In this document: piece by piece, positions 40,301-54,314 of the stretch
Layout: each line of letters begins with the position of its first letter
Numbering within the stretch: position 1 is the stretch's first letter
Source of the DNA: Raillietiella orientalis
Taxonomy: Eukaryota
Length of the DNA stretch: 64,000 nt
Assembly (NCBI GenBank): GCA_036172245.1
Contig: JAYWIR010000062.1
Coordinates: 248,001-312,000 of the forward strand
Reading direction: 5' to 3'
Translations under genes and position numbers: made by a program
Notes under the pieces: model-generated
Database searches by the model: none
What the model saw: only the letters and a program-made list of their open reading frames with translations
Told to the model about the DNA's origin: nothing

Positions 40301-41836
40301 CGCGCGCTCCGGCCACCGCCCGCCTCTCTCGCTTTTCCGCGATCCTCCCTTCTCGCGGGGAGCGAAGGATTCCCTTCCGTCGGCTGCTGCTTTCCCTCGT
40401 CAGAGCGGCCCTCCTGCCTCCGCGGATCGATATCCTTAACGTCGCCTCCGGACCAACTTCCTTTTCTCCCCTCCCCTCCCCTCCCCCCCCCCCCCCCATC
40501 AGGCGGTTTCCTCCCACGCGCGCGCGAAAAGACGGTCCGGCTGCTTTCCCCGTCCGCACGCGCTGCCGCCGCCGCCGTCGTCGCCGCCTCGCGCTCGCCC
40601 GCGCGCGACTTCGGCCGGGAGCCTCCGCGAGCTCTCTTCCCCGAATCGGGGAAGCGAAGGAGCGATGGGCGGAGGGTCCCGGCGAGCGTGGCCGGGCGCT
40701 CGTCGCGACGAGCTGCGCCACTCGCGGGAGGGCGCGTCCGGCGGGAGGAGCCCGCGAGCACGAGGCAGCGGCGGGAAAACCGCAGCTGGGGAGGGGGGGA
40801 GGGCGAGGGCCTCGGGAAACACGTGGAGTCTGGCAGGAAAACGAGGAAGGAAGGGATCCCAAGTGGGATGGGGACGCTCGGCTCCCGGTTCAACCAGGAA
40901 GATCGATGCTTGTCTGTCACTCCTCGCTCGGGGGGACCCGGCGGGATTCCGGGGTGCTAACGAGAAGGGGCGAAACGCACGCACGCACCGCGGAATACCG
41001 GTAGGTCCGCTTCGCCAATCAAACGTTGGTCGCGCGCGCGCGTCCCCTCCCCCCCCCCCCCCGCAAAAGCAAAAACGCAAAGATAGCTAAAAATAAAAAC
41101 GAAGTGGACGGAAGGGGGGGGGGGAGACGCATCCATTGTTGCCCGCGATTCGGAACTTTCGAGACGCTTCGAGAACTTCCGCTGCCGAATCGACGGCCGG
41201 GTATTTTTAGAGGAATGGGGAGGTGGGGGGGGGGGGAAGAGTCCTGCTGAAAGCGGGAAGCTCTACGGAAGGCGGGCGCGCCGCTGCCCGAGTTCCCGCC
41301 GTGCCTTTCGGTGGTGCGTCGAGGGATGCCTCCCGGCGCGCGCGCGCGTCCCCGAGGACTCTCGGCTGCTCGGATGCCCCGAACCGCAGTCTCCGAAGGT
41401 GGAAGCTCATCCCAGGTTGTTGTTGTTGTTGTTTCAGTCTCCCTCTCTCCCTTCCCCCCCCCCCCCCTTTTCTCCTTCTCCCCCCTCCGGCGCAGTCCTC
41501 GGCGATTATGAGGACCGTGCTCTCCGGCTGTTTGATCCGAGCTCATCCCCATCCGGGGTGTGCGGGCACCGATTGTTCTTGCAGAACAATAAACAATAAC
41601 TGCCTTTTATGACGCGCGTGCAGCTCGCCAGAAGGACGACGAGAAGAGGAGCAGTAAAAAGATTAGTGATAAACAGTAATTTTTTTTTCCTTTTTTCTTT
41701 TTTTGAATTGCAGCTCGGCTGCCATGAACTCGGGAAATGAAATTATCGAATATTAAAACGGGCTAATTACGCCGAAGTCTCGTGTGCATGGGTGGGGAGG
41801 GAGAGGACTGCTCCTCAGCATCGCCTTCTGGAGTTG

Positions 41837-41995
41837 CCGGGGGCACGGCCACGTTGCCCTCTCCGGGGGCACGGCCACGTTGCCCTCGCCGGGGGCACGG
41901 CCACGTTGCCCTCTCCGGGGGCACGGCCACGTTGCCCTCGCCGGGGGCACGGCCACGTTGCCCTCTCAGGGGGCACGGCCACGTTGCCCTCGCCG
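41837..41995. repeat. Minisatellite: 6 x 26 bp CCGGGGGCACGGCCACGTTGCCCTC(T/G)
   Basis: Read directly. Units start at 41837, 41863, 41889, 41915, 41941 and 41967. The last base alternates T,G,T,G,T,G. Unit 6 has one C>A change. Confidence 0.97.
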
Positions 41996-43559
41996 ACCCA
42001 GCCGGGCTGCGTACTCCGCACCCCGACCGGGAAGGCGGGCGCTGGTCCGGGATAGCTCTCCCCTCTCCCTCTTTGGCCCAGGGCACTGCTTTTGCACGCC
42101 GTTGTCCCAGCCAGGGACAACGGAGCAGCAGCTCTTCCGCGTTCTGCGGGATCTCCGCGATGCCTTCCGGGAAAGCGCCCCGGGCGTGGATAGCGAACGC
42201 TTTCGTAATAAATGCTGCAGATTTACATCTGAGCGCGATTTCTTCCGGACCACACTGCTGCTTCTTCCCTCGGATGATGATGATTCTTCCGTTGCTGTTG
42301 TTAAAAAAAAGGGAGGGTGGATCGGGCGGCGGGGCGGGGAAGAAGAGGACGAAAGTGCTGCTTCGCTCGCATTTCACCAAACATCCCTTTTCGAATTCAG
42401 CGTGCAGGGATTCCGCGAAGGGAGATCAGCAGCAGGAATTACCCGAGGACTTCGCAGATAACGAAAACAAACGCTTTCTTCCTCTTCGGATGGACTCTTC
42501 AGCCGGCGAAAGGCAAGCAGAGGGTTCCCACGACGCCTTCAGCACACAAAAGGACGCGCGCGTATATTAACTGCCCGTTCGTTCGAAGACGTGAAGAGCG
42601 AGCAGTGGGCGCCGCTGGAACGTGGAATTGCGGCTCTTATCGAGGCGTGCCCAATTCCACAAACTTCCTTCCTTCTATTTTGCCTGAGGCCTCTCTTCCT
42701 CTGCTCCGGCGGCAGGGAGGCACCGCGAGCGTCGGCCTGGCAGACGGAGGTTCGCCAGCCCGGCGCTAATAAAATGATTTGCTTCCGAGGAGGGGGGCCC
42801 AGCGGTTCCCACGTGGAACGGAAGTCGGGGGTCTCCGAGTGCCCTGTCGCTCACGTAAAGGGTGAAGGGAGTTTGACGGCTTGCCATTCCGGACAAGATG
42901 ACGTGCAGCACCTCAATGATTACCGTTATTTAAGCAGAGTTCCCTCCCTCTCTCCTTCTTCCTGTCCTGATCTGCGTCCCGGGAACCGGATGGACGGATT
43001 GATGAAGACGCTGGAAAGCGGATGAAAGAGATTGCCCTCTCGCCGTGGAAGGCGTCGGGCGGCTCCAGCGGCTGTGATCGTGATGGCAGGGCTTTCGGTT
43101 GGCCGACCCGCACCGGGCGGCGTCGCTTCGGAAGACGCTTCGGATCACCCGGGAGGAATATCTCATCTCCGGGAATCAGTGCGCTTCCGACTACAGAACG
43201 TGCCGGGAAGTGGAGGAAAGGTCGTGTCCACACGTCCCACCGAGTTCCGTACCGAGGCGCACATTCTTTTACTTGCTTTTCTTTAAAAAAAAAAAAGCGA
43301 TCCGGGATGCCGTGTACTCTTGCAGATCAATAAAATGTACTTGCTGTACTTTTGGCTCGCAAACAAACGAACTGTGAACATTCCAGATTTCCTTTCAGCT
43401 GTAGATAGTCCTCGCTCGAGGCAGCTGGCGGGCAGACCCCTCCGCGGCAATCTCCGCGACGGGGGGTTCGTGGCGGATCACCCGGGGTGTTCACCCACCC
43501 ACCCGCTCTTTCTGCCGGAGATGGACCAAACAGCGTGACGTCCCTGCACGGGGATGCCC

Positions 43560-44100
43560 CGGCGGTGTCATCTTCGAATGCATCCAAGTTGGCCCCTGGC
43601 CCTTGCTCGTTCGACGGCCGATGCGGCGCAGCTTCCCGATGAGCTTGAATGGGCCGAGAAATAGGGAGGCACGGAAGCGATGGGAGAGGGAAGATCGGGA
43701 TTCGAGGCGAAAGCAATGGGAATGCGTTGGTGCCTTCCTGCAGTGATGGCCGGCGAGCCCTATCCGCTTCGAAGGCATGCTGGTCTCCAGGATTCTCCAT
43801 CTCGCCCGAGAGCATCGGGCAGGGAACCAGTAGGTGGCGGCGCATGATGGCGGCGCCAGAAGACAGCCTGCATTTCTTTTCGACAAGCAAGCGCGCGTTC
43901 CTCAGGATGTTTGAGCCTTCCCGTTTCCCGTGTATTTGTGGTTCAGCATCAGATGAGTTCTATTTTGGGGCACTTGGATAGAGATACATTCGAAACGGCG
44001 CCGGAGCCACGCCGTCCGCATCCGGGATGTCTTCTTCGCCCCGAGCAGATTTTTAAACGCTTTTCAACAGAGGAGTCAGCATCCTCCCTCCTCCGAGGTA
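43560..44100 (-). mobile_element. Possible decayed Ty3/Gypsy integrase C-terminal fragment
   Basis: In order on the minus strand: CPKIELI..TTNTRETG (compare LP.VEFAYNT..H.STG), EADRARRPSLQEG (compare D..RR...F..GD), and LFLGPFKLIGKL...WMHSKMTP (GPY/F motif). Confidence 0.3.
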
Positions 44101-47100
44101 GCGAGATGACACTATGGGGGGGGGGGGAGGACGGCGGATCTCCCTTCCAGGGACTGTATTGATGCCTCGATCCTCCGGATCCTCGCGAGGGTAATACGAG
44201 AATATTTTCGTTTTCGAAGACAGCATGGATAAACAAAACCCAAAAATAAATCAGAAAGAAAAATGTGTTCTCTGCGTACGAAAATGATGGCACCTCAATT
44301 AGGATAAAAGCATTTGTCCGATGATGACGAATATTGATGGTACCTGCGACATGATATTTTCTGGAAAACGTGCTTCGCCACCAGATAAGAAGTTCGGGAG
44401 AGTGGAATTTACCGGAAAGGGAGAACAGAAGTGGGAATTCGCCACCTCATCGAGCGTGGAAAAGGTGCTGCCAGGCGAGAAGGACGGCTTTCCGTTTCGT
44501 TGTCTTTTGCAGCCGCCAAGACCACGCGCCGTTCCCCTGACGAGAGTCAGCCATCACGAAACACTGCCTGCTGCCACTTTGTTCTCACCGAAAACGTGCA
44601 CGGAACACACACACACACACACACACAAAGGAAAAAGAAAACGAAAGCAGAGAAAGGAAAAGCCAAGAACGAGGCGGCAGCATCCCTGGCATTCGGCAAG
44701 GCGGAATGGGGGGCTCTTCGTGGCGGATCTCAGCTTACCAACTTTGCTGGACGGTGTCCCTTTGCTGCCGCCGCGTCCCGCCGGCTGCCGGAAGTTTGTC
44801 CGCTGGACATAATAGAATCCCATAGATTTTCGTCCAGCTGGCAGCCGTGACGCTGTGTCTTACATTCAGATGTGCGCTTTGCGCATTATTCGCATTCGCT
44901 CGCCGAAGCGACTTTGCAGCTCACAGCTCCCTTCGTTTACACTTTAGCGTTTTTTTTTCGTTTTTGGAAGAAAAGAAAAGAAAAAAAAACCGTTATGCTC
45001 AGCCAAGAGATCGAACATGATTTGATGGGAAACTGGGCCGAAGAATTTTACCATGGTTGCCGAAAATCAGTGGAGGGCTGCCGATCCGTGTCTTTGGCAC
45101 GAAACTACTTCCGGGCTTGCCTGGGCCTCGACAGCAGAAGGATGCGCCTTTTTTTTTGACGCACCGAATCGGGAGGTGGCGGTCCGCGATCGAAAGGGGT
45201 GCGGATCGGCCGGCGGTCCATTCCAGCGTCTCCTAGATCGAACGCATGCTCCACGTGATTCTGCTGCTGCCTCCTCGAACGAATCCTCGAATCCAATGTG
45301 CTTTCGAAGCAGTTCGGAGCAACACCTCGTCGAGAGGTCGATCCTTCCTCCTCCTCCCTCCCCAACTTGAAAGGGCTCTCTTCGATTTTTTTTTTTTTTT
45401 TTTTGTTTTCCCCTCTCCCCCACCTCCCTCCACCACCACCAGCCCCCACTTTTCATATTTAAGTAAAAAGATCGTATCGTATGGCTAGAGGCTACTGGAT
45501 CGCACCGGCTGCCATCTCTGGCGAAAAGAGAACCCCTCGAAACAAAGGCCACGTTACCTTCATCCGGCGTTTCGCAGTCCTCCTTTCAGTCCTCGTCCTT
45601 TCCTTGGGCGCCTGCGTTTCCTTGGTGCTTCCTCGGAGGATGCGAATCGGAAACGGCAGCTGAAACCTAAACGTGGGGAACGCTGACACGGGATTCCAGG
45701 CAGCGCGAATCCCTAATCTGAAATCGAAAGTTTCCTCCCTGCTGCCAACTTTCCACACCACCAGACGACAAGACCGTTCTGTTACTCAGCTTTTTACGTA
45801 GAAAAGAGTGCAACTCTCACCTCTGTTTTTAGCGCTTCGGGTAAACTTTCCTGCCTCTATAAATGAGATTGCCGATCTGGTCTTCTGCTTTTATTGCCGG
45901 AGGAAGCCTTGAAAGTCATAGTTGAAATCTTGGATTTGAGGGACCAGTTCCAGCGCTGCCGTATCTTCAAGCGCCCGGAATTCCTTATTCGCCACGCGTT
46001 CCCATCGTGCAGCCTTAGTGTGCCGTGCACGTCTGCAGGTTGGAATTTCTTAGGATATACTTTTACACTGCCTGAGCCGTAATCAGTGCGGATCGGAAAA
46101 GGTGAAAACACGTCATGCAGAAAACAGCCTCGTGTGGCATGCGCGAATGATGACTTGGGAAGATTGCACCGAGGAATCGCGAGGCACCTGTTCCAGTAAA
46201 TAAGTGTTCGCTCGGTGCACAAGTACAGTACGGAGGACGTGCTGTAGGCCCTGGGAGGGAAATAAACGCCCTGGAAGACGTGTGCCCGCTTTTCCAATGC
46301 CTCTCTCGTTTGGCTGTGGAATTGTCCTCCGAAGCAAGAAATGAACCCCCTCCCCCCCCCCCCCCATAAAGGGCAGGAAAGAGGAGAAGAAAAAAAGAGA
46401 GAGAGAGAGAGAAGAGAAAAAAGCTGCGTCTTCGTAACCGTTGATTGGGGGAGCCCAACCACTGACTCCACGGTTAAAATCACGGGGATACGGCAACCGT
46501 TCTGCTCTGGAACACGCAGGAGAGGCGATTAATTGACACGGAATGCTTCGGAGACACGGCATAATCCCTTGGACGAGGAAATTGCTTCTTTCTTCAAGTG
46601 TTATGAGCAAACAACAGAGTCACGCAGAGGGACATCTTGCCCGTGTCCACGAGGCCTCTCGCTTCCTGGAAAGCGAAGTCGGATCCAGCAGCGCGTCGGC
46701 TCCGGGATGCACGCCGGGAAGTCTCGGACGTCTCCAAAACACCCTTCCGAAAACGGCGGCCGTCGGAACCTCGGCTTGCTCTTGGCACTGACCACCTTCG
46801 GCTGAAACGCCTGGAGCGAGGTTCGTCCACAGGGATTTCGCCGTTCTCTCGAGCCGCGAAGCGATGCTCCCTTAGCGTCCCGCTTTCTCTGCAGATCACA
46901 CAGTCAACCCTCAGATGGGGTTGGGGCTGCTCTTCCTCCGGGGCAGCTCCGGAAACGGTAGGACACGTGCTCGGCTGGAGGGCTTCCTTTCCCTTCGATC
47001 GCAACCCCCGCGCAGCATCTCCTGACTGCGCTTACACGTTGACCAGGGGGGAAGCTGCCTTCTGCCCTACGAAAGATGGCGTCCGCCTCGCAGGTGCCAA

Positions 47101-50100
47101 CCGCTCACTTGTGGTATCTGACAGTGCCATTACCGCCGAGGAAAAAAAGAGCGGCGATTTCCCGCGTTTCCGGTTGGGAAGCACTCGCAAGACCTGGGGC
47201 ATCCAGATGCCGGCGCAGAAATCAGGCTTTGGCTACGCCAAGCGGGCGCCACCGAGCATCCCCAAGGTCAGCTGACGCTGTGGTCTCCTGCGAGCACGCC
47301 GCTTTGGTCACCCGGAGCAGTGGTCCTCTCTGCCTACACACCCCACCCGCAGTTTCTTGGGCGACGGTTCGGTCTTCAGTACTTCAGGACTCCAAATGCT
47401 CGTCATCCTCCGTTCTGATGAGCTTGAGGTTTCTTGGCATAAGATGCGTTTTCGCGCAAAGTTTAAATGTTTATTGTCTCTTCGTCGACCCAAGCTTGGG
47501 CCTGCCCCAACAGAAACATGCATTTCCTACCAAACGTGGTTCCCATGCGGGATGCACGGCTTAGAAAGCTTACGCTCTCCCGTATTCCGTGCGGAGATTA
47601 ATATCATTATTATTATTTTTTTTTCCCCCCCCCCCCCTTCTCCCTTTTGCATTGAGCGAGCAGAAAAGTCCGTCCACACGTTTTCTTTTTTTTTTTTTGT
47701 ATTGAGTTCCAGATGCTTCCTTGTTGTTCCTTGCTCCTCCCCAATGAATGCCTCGATGCTCCACTCGTGCATTCATGTGGTCCACAATGCCACTCAGCCT
47801 CCTCCCACGACACTGGATCCGCTTCTGCTCTCTGAATTGCGAAATGTCCCGCTACGTCATCTCCACCCTTTGCGCTCTGACTTACCGTTCCCGAAGACTC
47901 CCTATTCAAGGCTGCCGAGAATACAATGGAGGCGTCAGCCTTCCTCCCAGCGCCTGTGTTACGTTTCCGGTTCCCAGCCTCTGGCCTCTTTCTTTAGCAA
48001 GCGCCTATGCGAAACCCAATCGCCTGAGTAAGAGATGAATTCCAGGACTCCGCTTTTCTGCGGTCAGTCATGACCGAAAGAGAGGCCCAAGGCTCGCCCT
48101 CGATTGTTTTCCACTCAAAAGCTCTCTTCGTTTCATCTCACCTTTTCTACGTCGCCTCCGCTCATGGTTGGTTCTTCACGTTCGCGCGTCTTCCGCTCTT
48201 GAGATGAACGCCTGACGTGGAAACCGGTCCATCGGAATCACTCCGCAACCACTCGGCTCCTTCCGCAAGCCTCCGACTTCGCGGCCGCAGCCAACCTGCT
48301 CGCTGCAAACCCCATGCGCTCCCTACCGACGACACCTTGCGCACGTCTCTTACTGGCGGCTGCTCGACTCGCGCTTCCGTCCCACGACGCGCGGCCAGGA
48401 GAGCTCAGGCGGGCGATGTGCGAGCGAGCAAGCTGACCCCGCATGCTCTCAAGTAGGTCACGGGTCCGTTTGCGGCTGCTTCCTCCCGTCCGGAAGCCTT
48501 CCAAGAGAAGGAAGGCGCCATCACGACGGAGCAGTCGGCGGCTCCTGGGTCCCCTTTTTCGCATTCCGGGCGAGCCGCGGGGCGCACAGGCAAGCGACGC
48601 GCCCTTCGGGGAACGACCCTTCTTTCCAAAGATCGCTTCCTCTTCTTTCGCTGCCTTCGTTCACGGAGACTTGGGAACGCAGGAGGCGCGTTTCTTGGGT
48701 GACTGGAAAAATCGCGTTCTTGGACTCGGCTCGGGAAGCACCGCCTGCCTTCCGCAAGCAGCAGCAGACTCCCACACAGCAGTCTCCTACGCTCGCTGGG
48801 GGGGAACGCCGCGCAAGCCAGGAGGTTTGGTCACGAGTCCGGAAGGTGGCAGGGAGCTCCGGATTTCCAGGCGAGGTCGGCACGTGGGGAAGGCGGCGGC
48901 GGTGCTCCTGTGGCCGAAAGCGTCTCTCCTCCGTAAACTCAACGAGCGGCTGGCGCGGGGACGAACATACTTTGCTGGTGGCCTCGGCAGCTCGGACCCC
49001 CTCTCTTGACCACCCTTCGCGTCGAACGTTGGGGGCGAAGAGGGGGGAGGGGGGTGGGATCGCGCGCGTGGAGGCGTGCTGCTCTGCCGTTCCTCCCGTC
49101 GCTGTCTCCTGTTCCGACGGCGCCGCGTCGGAGGAAGGGCGAAGACGAACTCTGGCACCCAGCTCCGCCCTCGGCTCTGCGCGCTTCCGCTCGGCCGGCC
49201 GGCCGGCCAGTGGTAGCCTCCCTTCTCCCTGCGTCCGCCAACGAGGGGCGCGCCGGGCTTTCGTTTCTGCGGGCGGACGGACGCGCGCCCTTGGCCTCTC
49301 CGCTCCTACCATCCGGACGCAGAATCCCCGCTCCCCACCCCGGGCTGCGAATCGCGTCTCGCCGATCGGAGGCGCAGCTAACGGGAACGCGCGCTCTCAG
49401 GGCGGGGCGCAACCGATGGGAGGAGTGCTGGCTGGTCGAGCAGCCAGAGGGCGTGCCCTCTCTCGCCTCTGCTTCTTCCAACCGGTCCATCCTACGCCGT
49501 GCCCACCTGCAGCTTCGGCCTTCCCTTGGAATCCAGCATCCCGCGCGCGTGCCCGTCGAGGGGGAAGGCGGGGGATTTGCGGGATTGCTTTTAATCCTTC
49601 GCGCTTGCGTTCGGATGGTCATCGAACGGGCGCATCGGGTCGGGAAGATGGCAGTCCGGTCGGGAGCACGAGGATGTCACCGACCATGTGCTCCTGACCG
49701 TGTGCGTGGGCGCGGAGAAGTAGGAGTTGGGACGGGTCACCCGCATTCTTCCTCGAACGGAAGTGCTCGGGATGCCCTGAGGCGCATGCGCAGGCTAAGT
49801 CCGACTACTCGCTGCGTGGGGGAGGGCAAGCAGCTGCATCTGGAGAGGCACGTGGACTTTGCGGGCTTTTTTTCTAGCACGGGAAGAGGTCGGCCAGGAG
49901 GAGGGGGAAGGGGAGGCGGAAGAGACAGGGAGCTTCGCAGGCGCGGTCGAGCGGCAGGGGGTGGAGCGTCTCGGTGGAGTCACCTCCAGGGGCAGAACGG
50001 ACCCTGCGGCAGAGCTGGAGGAAGGAAGAAAGGATGTACTTTCCCTTTTCCCCTGGCCCTTTCCCTCAGGACGGGATTCCTGACCTCGCTGGGGTGAATC

Positions 50101-53100
50101 CAGCCAGCTGCTTCTCTGTCCGGAGGCAGCGCTCCCGTTTCCCGATAAACCAATGACGGGAAGCGGGTGGATGGTGCGGAGGAAATCCCGAGGGCAAGGG
50201 CAGGAGAAACGGACGCGCGGGGCCCGATGGCGGTAAAGCGCGAGGACGACCTCTTCCAAGATGCCCTTAGGGGGAGCACCAGCATCCCGCCGACGACCTC
50301 GGCGGGACGCTCGCAGGAAGGCCGAGCTCCTTCGCCGGGCACGAGCGGACGGAGGGCGAGGCGCGCGCTCCACTCTCCGGCGTCCCGGGGAGCGCGCGCG
50401 CCATTCCGAAGGAACGCTCGCTGACGTCCCGCTCCCCAAGCCGTGGGTGGCGCACTCCAAGAAAGGATCCCCACCGCACCACGCTTCCCCGGGAATGTAT
50501 CCCTGGCGACGCTTCCGAGGCAGCGCGGGGCAGATTTGCCGCCGCCAGTCGAGACGGATTCGTGGATGGGGCCCTTCCCGTTCACCGAAGGGCAACAGTG
50601 CACCGAGCTCGGACGACGGGGCGGGGGCTGCGATGCCTGCCGCACAGCCGGGAATCACCGCCGCGGTTCAAGGAAAGACCAAGGAACGAACGGGGAGCTC
50701 CAGCTTCCCCTGCGCCCCGCTTCATCCTCTGGCTGACTCGCAGGCAAGAAACACCTCGGAAGGAGGTCCTCCCGGAAGAGATTCTAAGCTCGGAAGACAT
50801 GAGCGACGTCTGGAAAGGAAACCCCGCAAAGCAGGGAGCCCACGCCCCTCGACTTTGTTTCCCTTCCCAAGGCCCTTCCCCCCCGAGGCGACGAAGAGCT
50901 GCGAAGGCTAGTTCTCTTCGCACGCCATCTCTAGCTCCTCTCCTGCTCCACTCTCAGCGAGGGGAACTTTTCCCATCTCGGTGCGGGTCCTTCCTCATCC
51001 ACCAAATCCTTCCTCGGTCGCTCATCCTCACCGAGCCACCAGCCTTCCTTCCTCGGAAAAGGGAAAAAAAAAAAAAGAAGAGAAGTGGAACGAGAAAGAA
51101 CGTGGCGCGAACTCCTCTGCAGCGCATCTTCAAACAACACCGCCGCGGGATCGACTCGGCAGCCATCGAAGCTGCGCGGAGACGAACCAACCAAATAGCT
51201 TGCTTGGTCCTTTTCTTCATTCGAGGACCACGCGACCCCTGAAGCCAGGAAAGGGGATCGCATCGAGATGCAGGTTCGCGATGCAATTGGAGCGGAAGAA
51301 ATTGCCGCGTGCCTTTCGGTGCAGCTGCCCTGCAAGATGCAAAGAGGAAGATGGGGAAAAGAAGAAGAAGAAGAAAAAAGGAAAGCACGAATACATCTCG
51401 TGCGAGAAATCTGGAAGAAACACACAAATCAAAGTGCATGCTCCACAACTGTCCTTGCGACGACGTTACCATGACGACGAAACGGTCGGAATCCGGCCAT
51501 CTCGTAATATCGGAGAAGGATTTCGAGATCTGGTTTAGACCCTGATTCTTCTACCTCTCCAGTTTATAGTACGGAATGTACTATAAAGTACAGTACATTG
51601 ATAATCGTCTCGAGCCTGTAAGGGCACGGCACGACCCCTCCAAAGGATTGGTCGCCAGCAGCCATCGGGAAGAGACACATGGGCGGCGATGTGGCTGGCT
51701 CACCAAAAACGCCGTGGTACCTGCTGCTCCCTCTGTGTGGAATCCCGACTTCCTGAGGGGTGATGCTCACTTGGACCTGTGCCTTCCCTAGAGAGAACCT
51801 GTAAAGTTCCCGTCCCTTTGCCCAGATTAGCAGGATTTAAAACTCGAAATGGGAAACTCGATCGCTGGCTTTGCCGAAAATCATGTCGCGGAGGAGCAGG
51901 AACATTCTGCTCCTGATACCCGCTGCGAGTTCTTTGCGCGGAAGAATCCAGGAGCATCCTGCTTACACGAGGGAAAGCATGGGATCGAGGCTGCGAAAGT
52001 TCTCCTCTAACGAAATCCTCCCGTTTAGCAAGCTCATTTTCCACAGGGATTGAAAATCGTTAAAAAAAACTACAATAAACCATAATAGAGGTCGCTTTCA
52101 AACGAAAGAAATCCTCGAAGAATGACCGAAAGCAGAAGATCCTCCAGAAAAATGATGGCCTTAATGAATCACTGACCACTATTTGCCTTTCCAAAACTCT
52201 CCAGAGAACAACTGTAAGGGTCATTTCTGACGAACAAGGTAAGTCCAAACAAGCAATCAGTTGGTCATTTGTGCAATGGAATGTGCATATGCTGCTTCAT
52301 TCCCAAATCTCAGATTATTATCTTTAGCGTCCGTATCGTTAAGATTAATTTTGACTTGGCACTTCCGCCATCATGATTCCCGGGTGCTCCAGATCCCGCT
52401 CGTTCGCTATCAATCAAGCACAATTCAGGTAGAATCCATTGAATTAAACCAATAACTGAATAAAATCAGTGCTCAACTTATCATTCCAATAAATTCGGTT
52501 CAAAAGGCATTCGTATCCCTGAAGGATTCGCAAACTCATTAGAATTTGCTCTACAGGACAGAACAAAAAGCTTAATCAGCTTCCATGCTGCAAAGTAAAA
52601 CGAAACGAAACTGAAGCTGAAGGCTTCGCGTAGAGGTTCTTTATAAGAACAGAAAGATAACCAATCGTCCTCAATTACTCAGCATTAGAAACGAACAAAG
52701 GAATTTTGAGAGTACAGCAGCTGTGGAATTGTGGAAACCAAAATCATAAGGAACATTCGAGTCTCAGCATCTTATGGCGCTGTGGTAGACTGACAAGAAA
52801 TTGGTCGTGCGAGCATATCTCACCATAGAATTCGTGGGTATTGGGTTGTGGGGGTTACTGGCGCTGCAGACTGGAGGGGGGGGGGGGGGGAGGGGTGCGA
52901 CCGGGCAAAAATACCAATGGATTTTGATTCCGAATTTTGATTGTTTTTGCTGATGTTTATCATTGACATGGTGTGCAGATATTTTTAAAAGAAATTTCAC
53001 GTCACGTATTCCTACTTTCCGATGATCATCTCTTTAGACGTATTCCTATTCAAAAGTATTTTCACATTTTTTACTCACATTGGAGAACATATAATAGATA

Positions 53101-53949
53101 GTCTGCTTTGGGGTACAAAAACACCTTTTACCTGCAAATTTTCAAGTTTGACAATGGTTCAGGAAGCTGTCGGTTCATTCATCTCATTCGATTACAAGGA
53201 ATGCTTTATGCAAACAGTAAGTTTGTATAAAGCATGTTGCAGTTTCTCACCATAAAAACAGTACGGATGCAAAAGGATTTGCATTATCCCTAAGGAAATG
53301 ATATCCTCAATTGCCCAATTGAAGCTATTGTGATTGGGTAACGAAGTCAATTTAATTTAGCATGCTAATTTATCTCATTGGATATTATTTCCTTTCCGGG
53401 AGAAGGTATCGAAGGAAATCACCACAAATTTCCAAGTTTCATATTTCATTTTAATATCGTCAAATTGGTTTCGTCCTCTTTTGCCATCCATGTCTTTTAA
53501 GTGTTTTGTTTTTTTCTCTTTTACCATTCGGAAGAACAACTTGATTTAATCACCACACAGCTACTCATGGTGAGAACTTCGGAGCTTTCTTGGCTTTGAA
53601 TTCTTCGTGGATTCTATTTTCTGCATGTTAGCCGATTCGAGAATTTCGAGAAAGTGACATTGGTTGCCTTCACTGAGTGGTTGAGAATTTTTTCGAAATC
53701 TATGCTAAGTGAACTTATCCTTTGACTTTTGTATGAAGTAACTTTTCAAAATCCGGAATGCACCTTACCTTTTTCCATTTGTTTTATTATGACTGTTTCC
53801 TCCCATCAAATATTATGCACTGTTTGATCACAGGTAGCACATTGGCTATTAATTATGTGTTCCACCAAACCATAAAATAACGTTCAATTACGCGGTCATC
53901 TGGAAGGAGTCCTTCGATGTTGGCATCACTTGCTGTTGCCATTTCAAAC

Positions 53950-54283
53950 TGGTCCTGGTGGTCGACAAAGTCTCCATGTTTTTGTTTGCTCCCACGGTTT
54001 TAGGGCGATGATCGCTCGCGCCTCGTTAATGTGTATTAAAAACTGACACGAAAGCTTCCACGCAAGTTTTTCGAGCAGCACGAAATGTTCTTGGCATTGC
54101 TTGCTTTAGGCCACGGAGTCACCCAGTCGCTCTTATCCAAAGATGGTTTCTTCTTTGTCATTAAAACGATCCCCCCTCCCCTCCCCTCTGCTCTCCCAGG
54201 ATGTTCCGTGAAGAGTTCCCTCACCGAGCTTTGAGCTTTGAGCTTTGAACCTGGTTCTGTATCGATGCTTTGAAAATGATGGC

Positions 54284-54314
<31 letters not shown>

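Noticed and set aside
41837..41995. CRISPR-like repeat array
   Set aside because: The units are contiguous with no unique spacers, there are no cas genes, and the context is eukaryotic.
46533..46860. hAT dimerisation-domain-like echo (LDEEIASF...PLASWK)
   Set aside because: The key SERxFS motif is not recognisable and no terminal inverted repeats were seen. Too weak to call.
156..51500. Hundreds of long overlapping ORFs (e.g. 30393..31613, 39893..40960, 49006..50097)
   Set aside because: They are Arg/Pro/Gly/Ala-rich, overlap in all six frames and show no recognisable domains. This is expected from stop-codon scarcity in GC-rich DNA.
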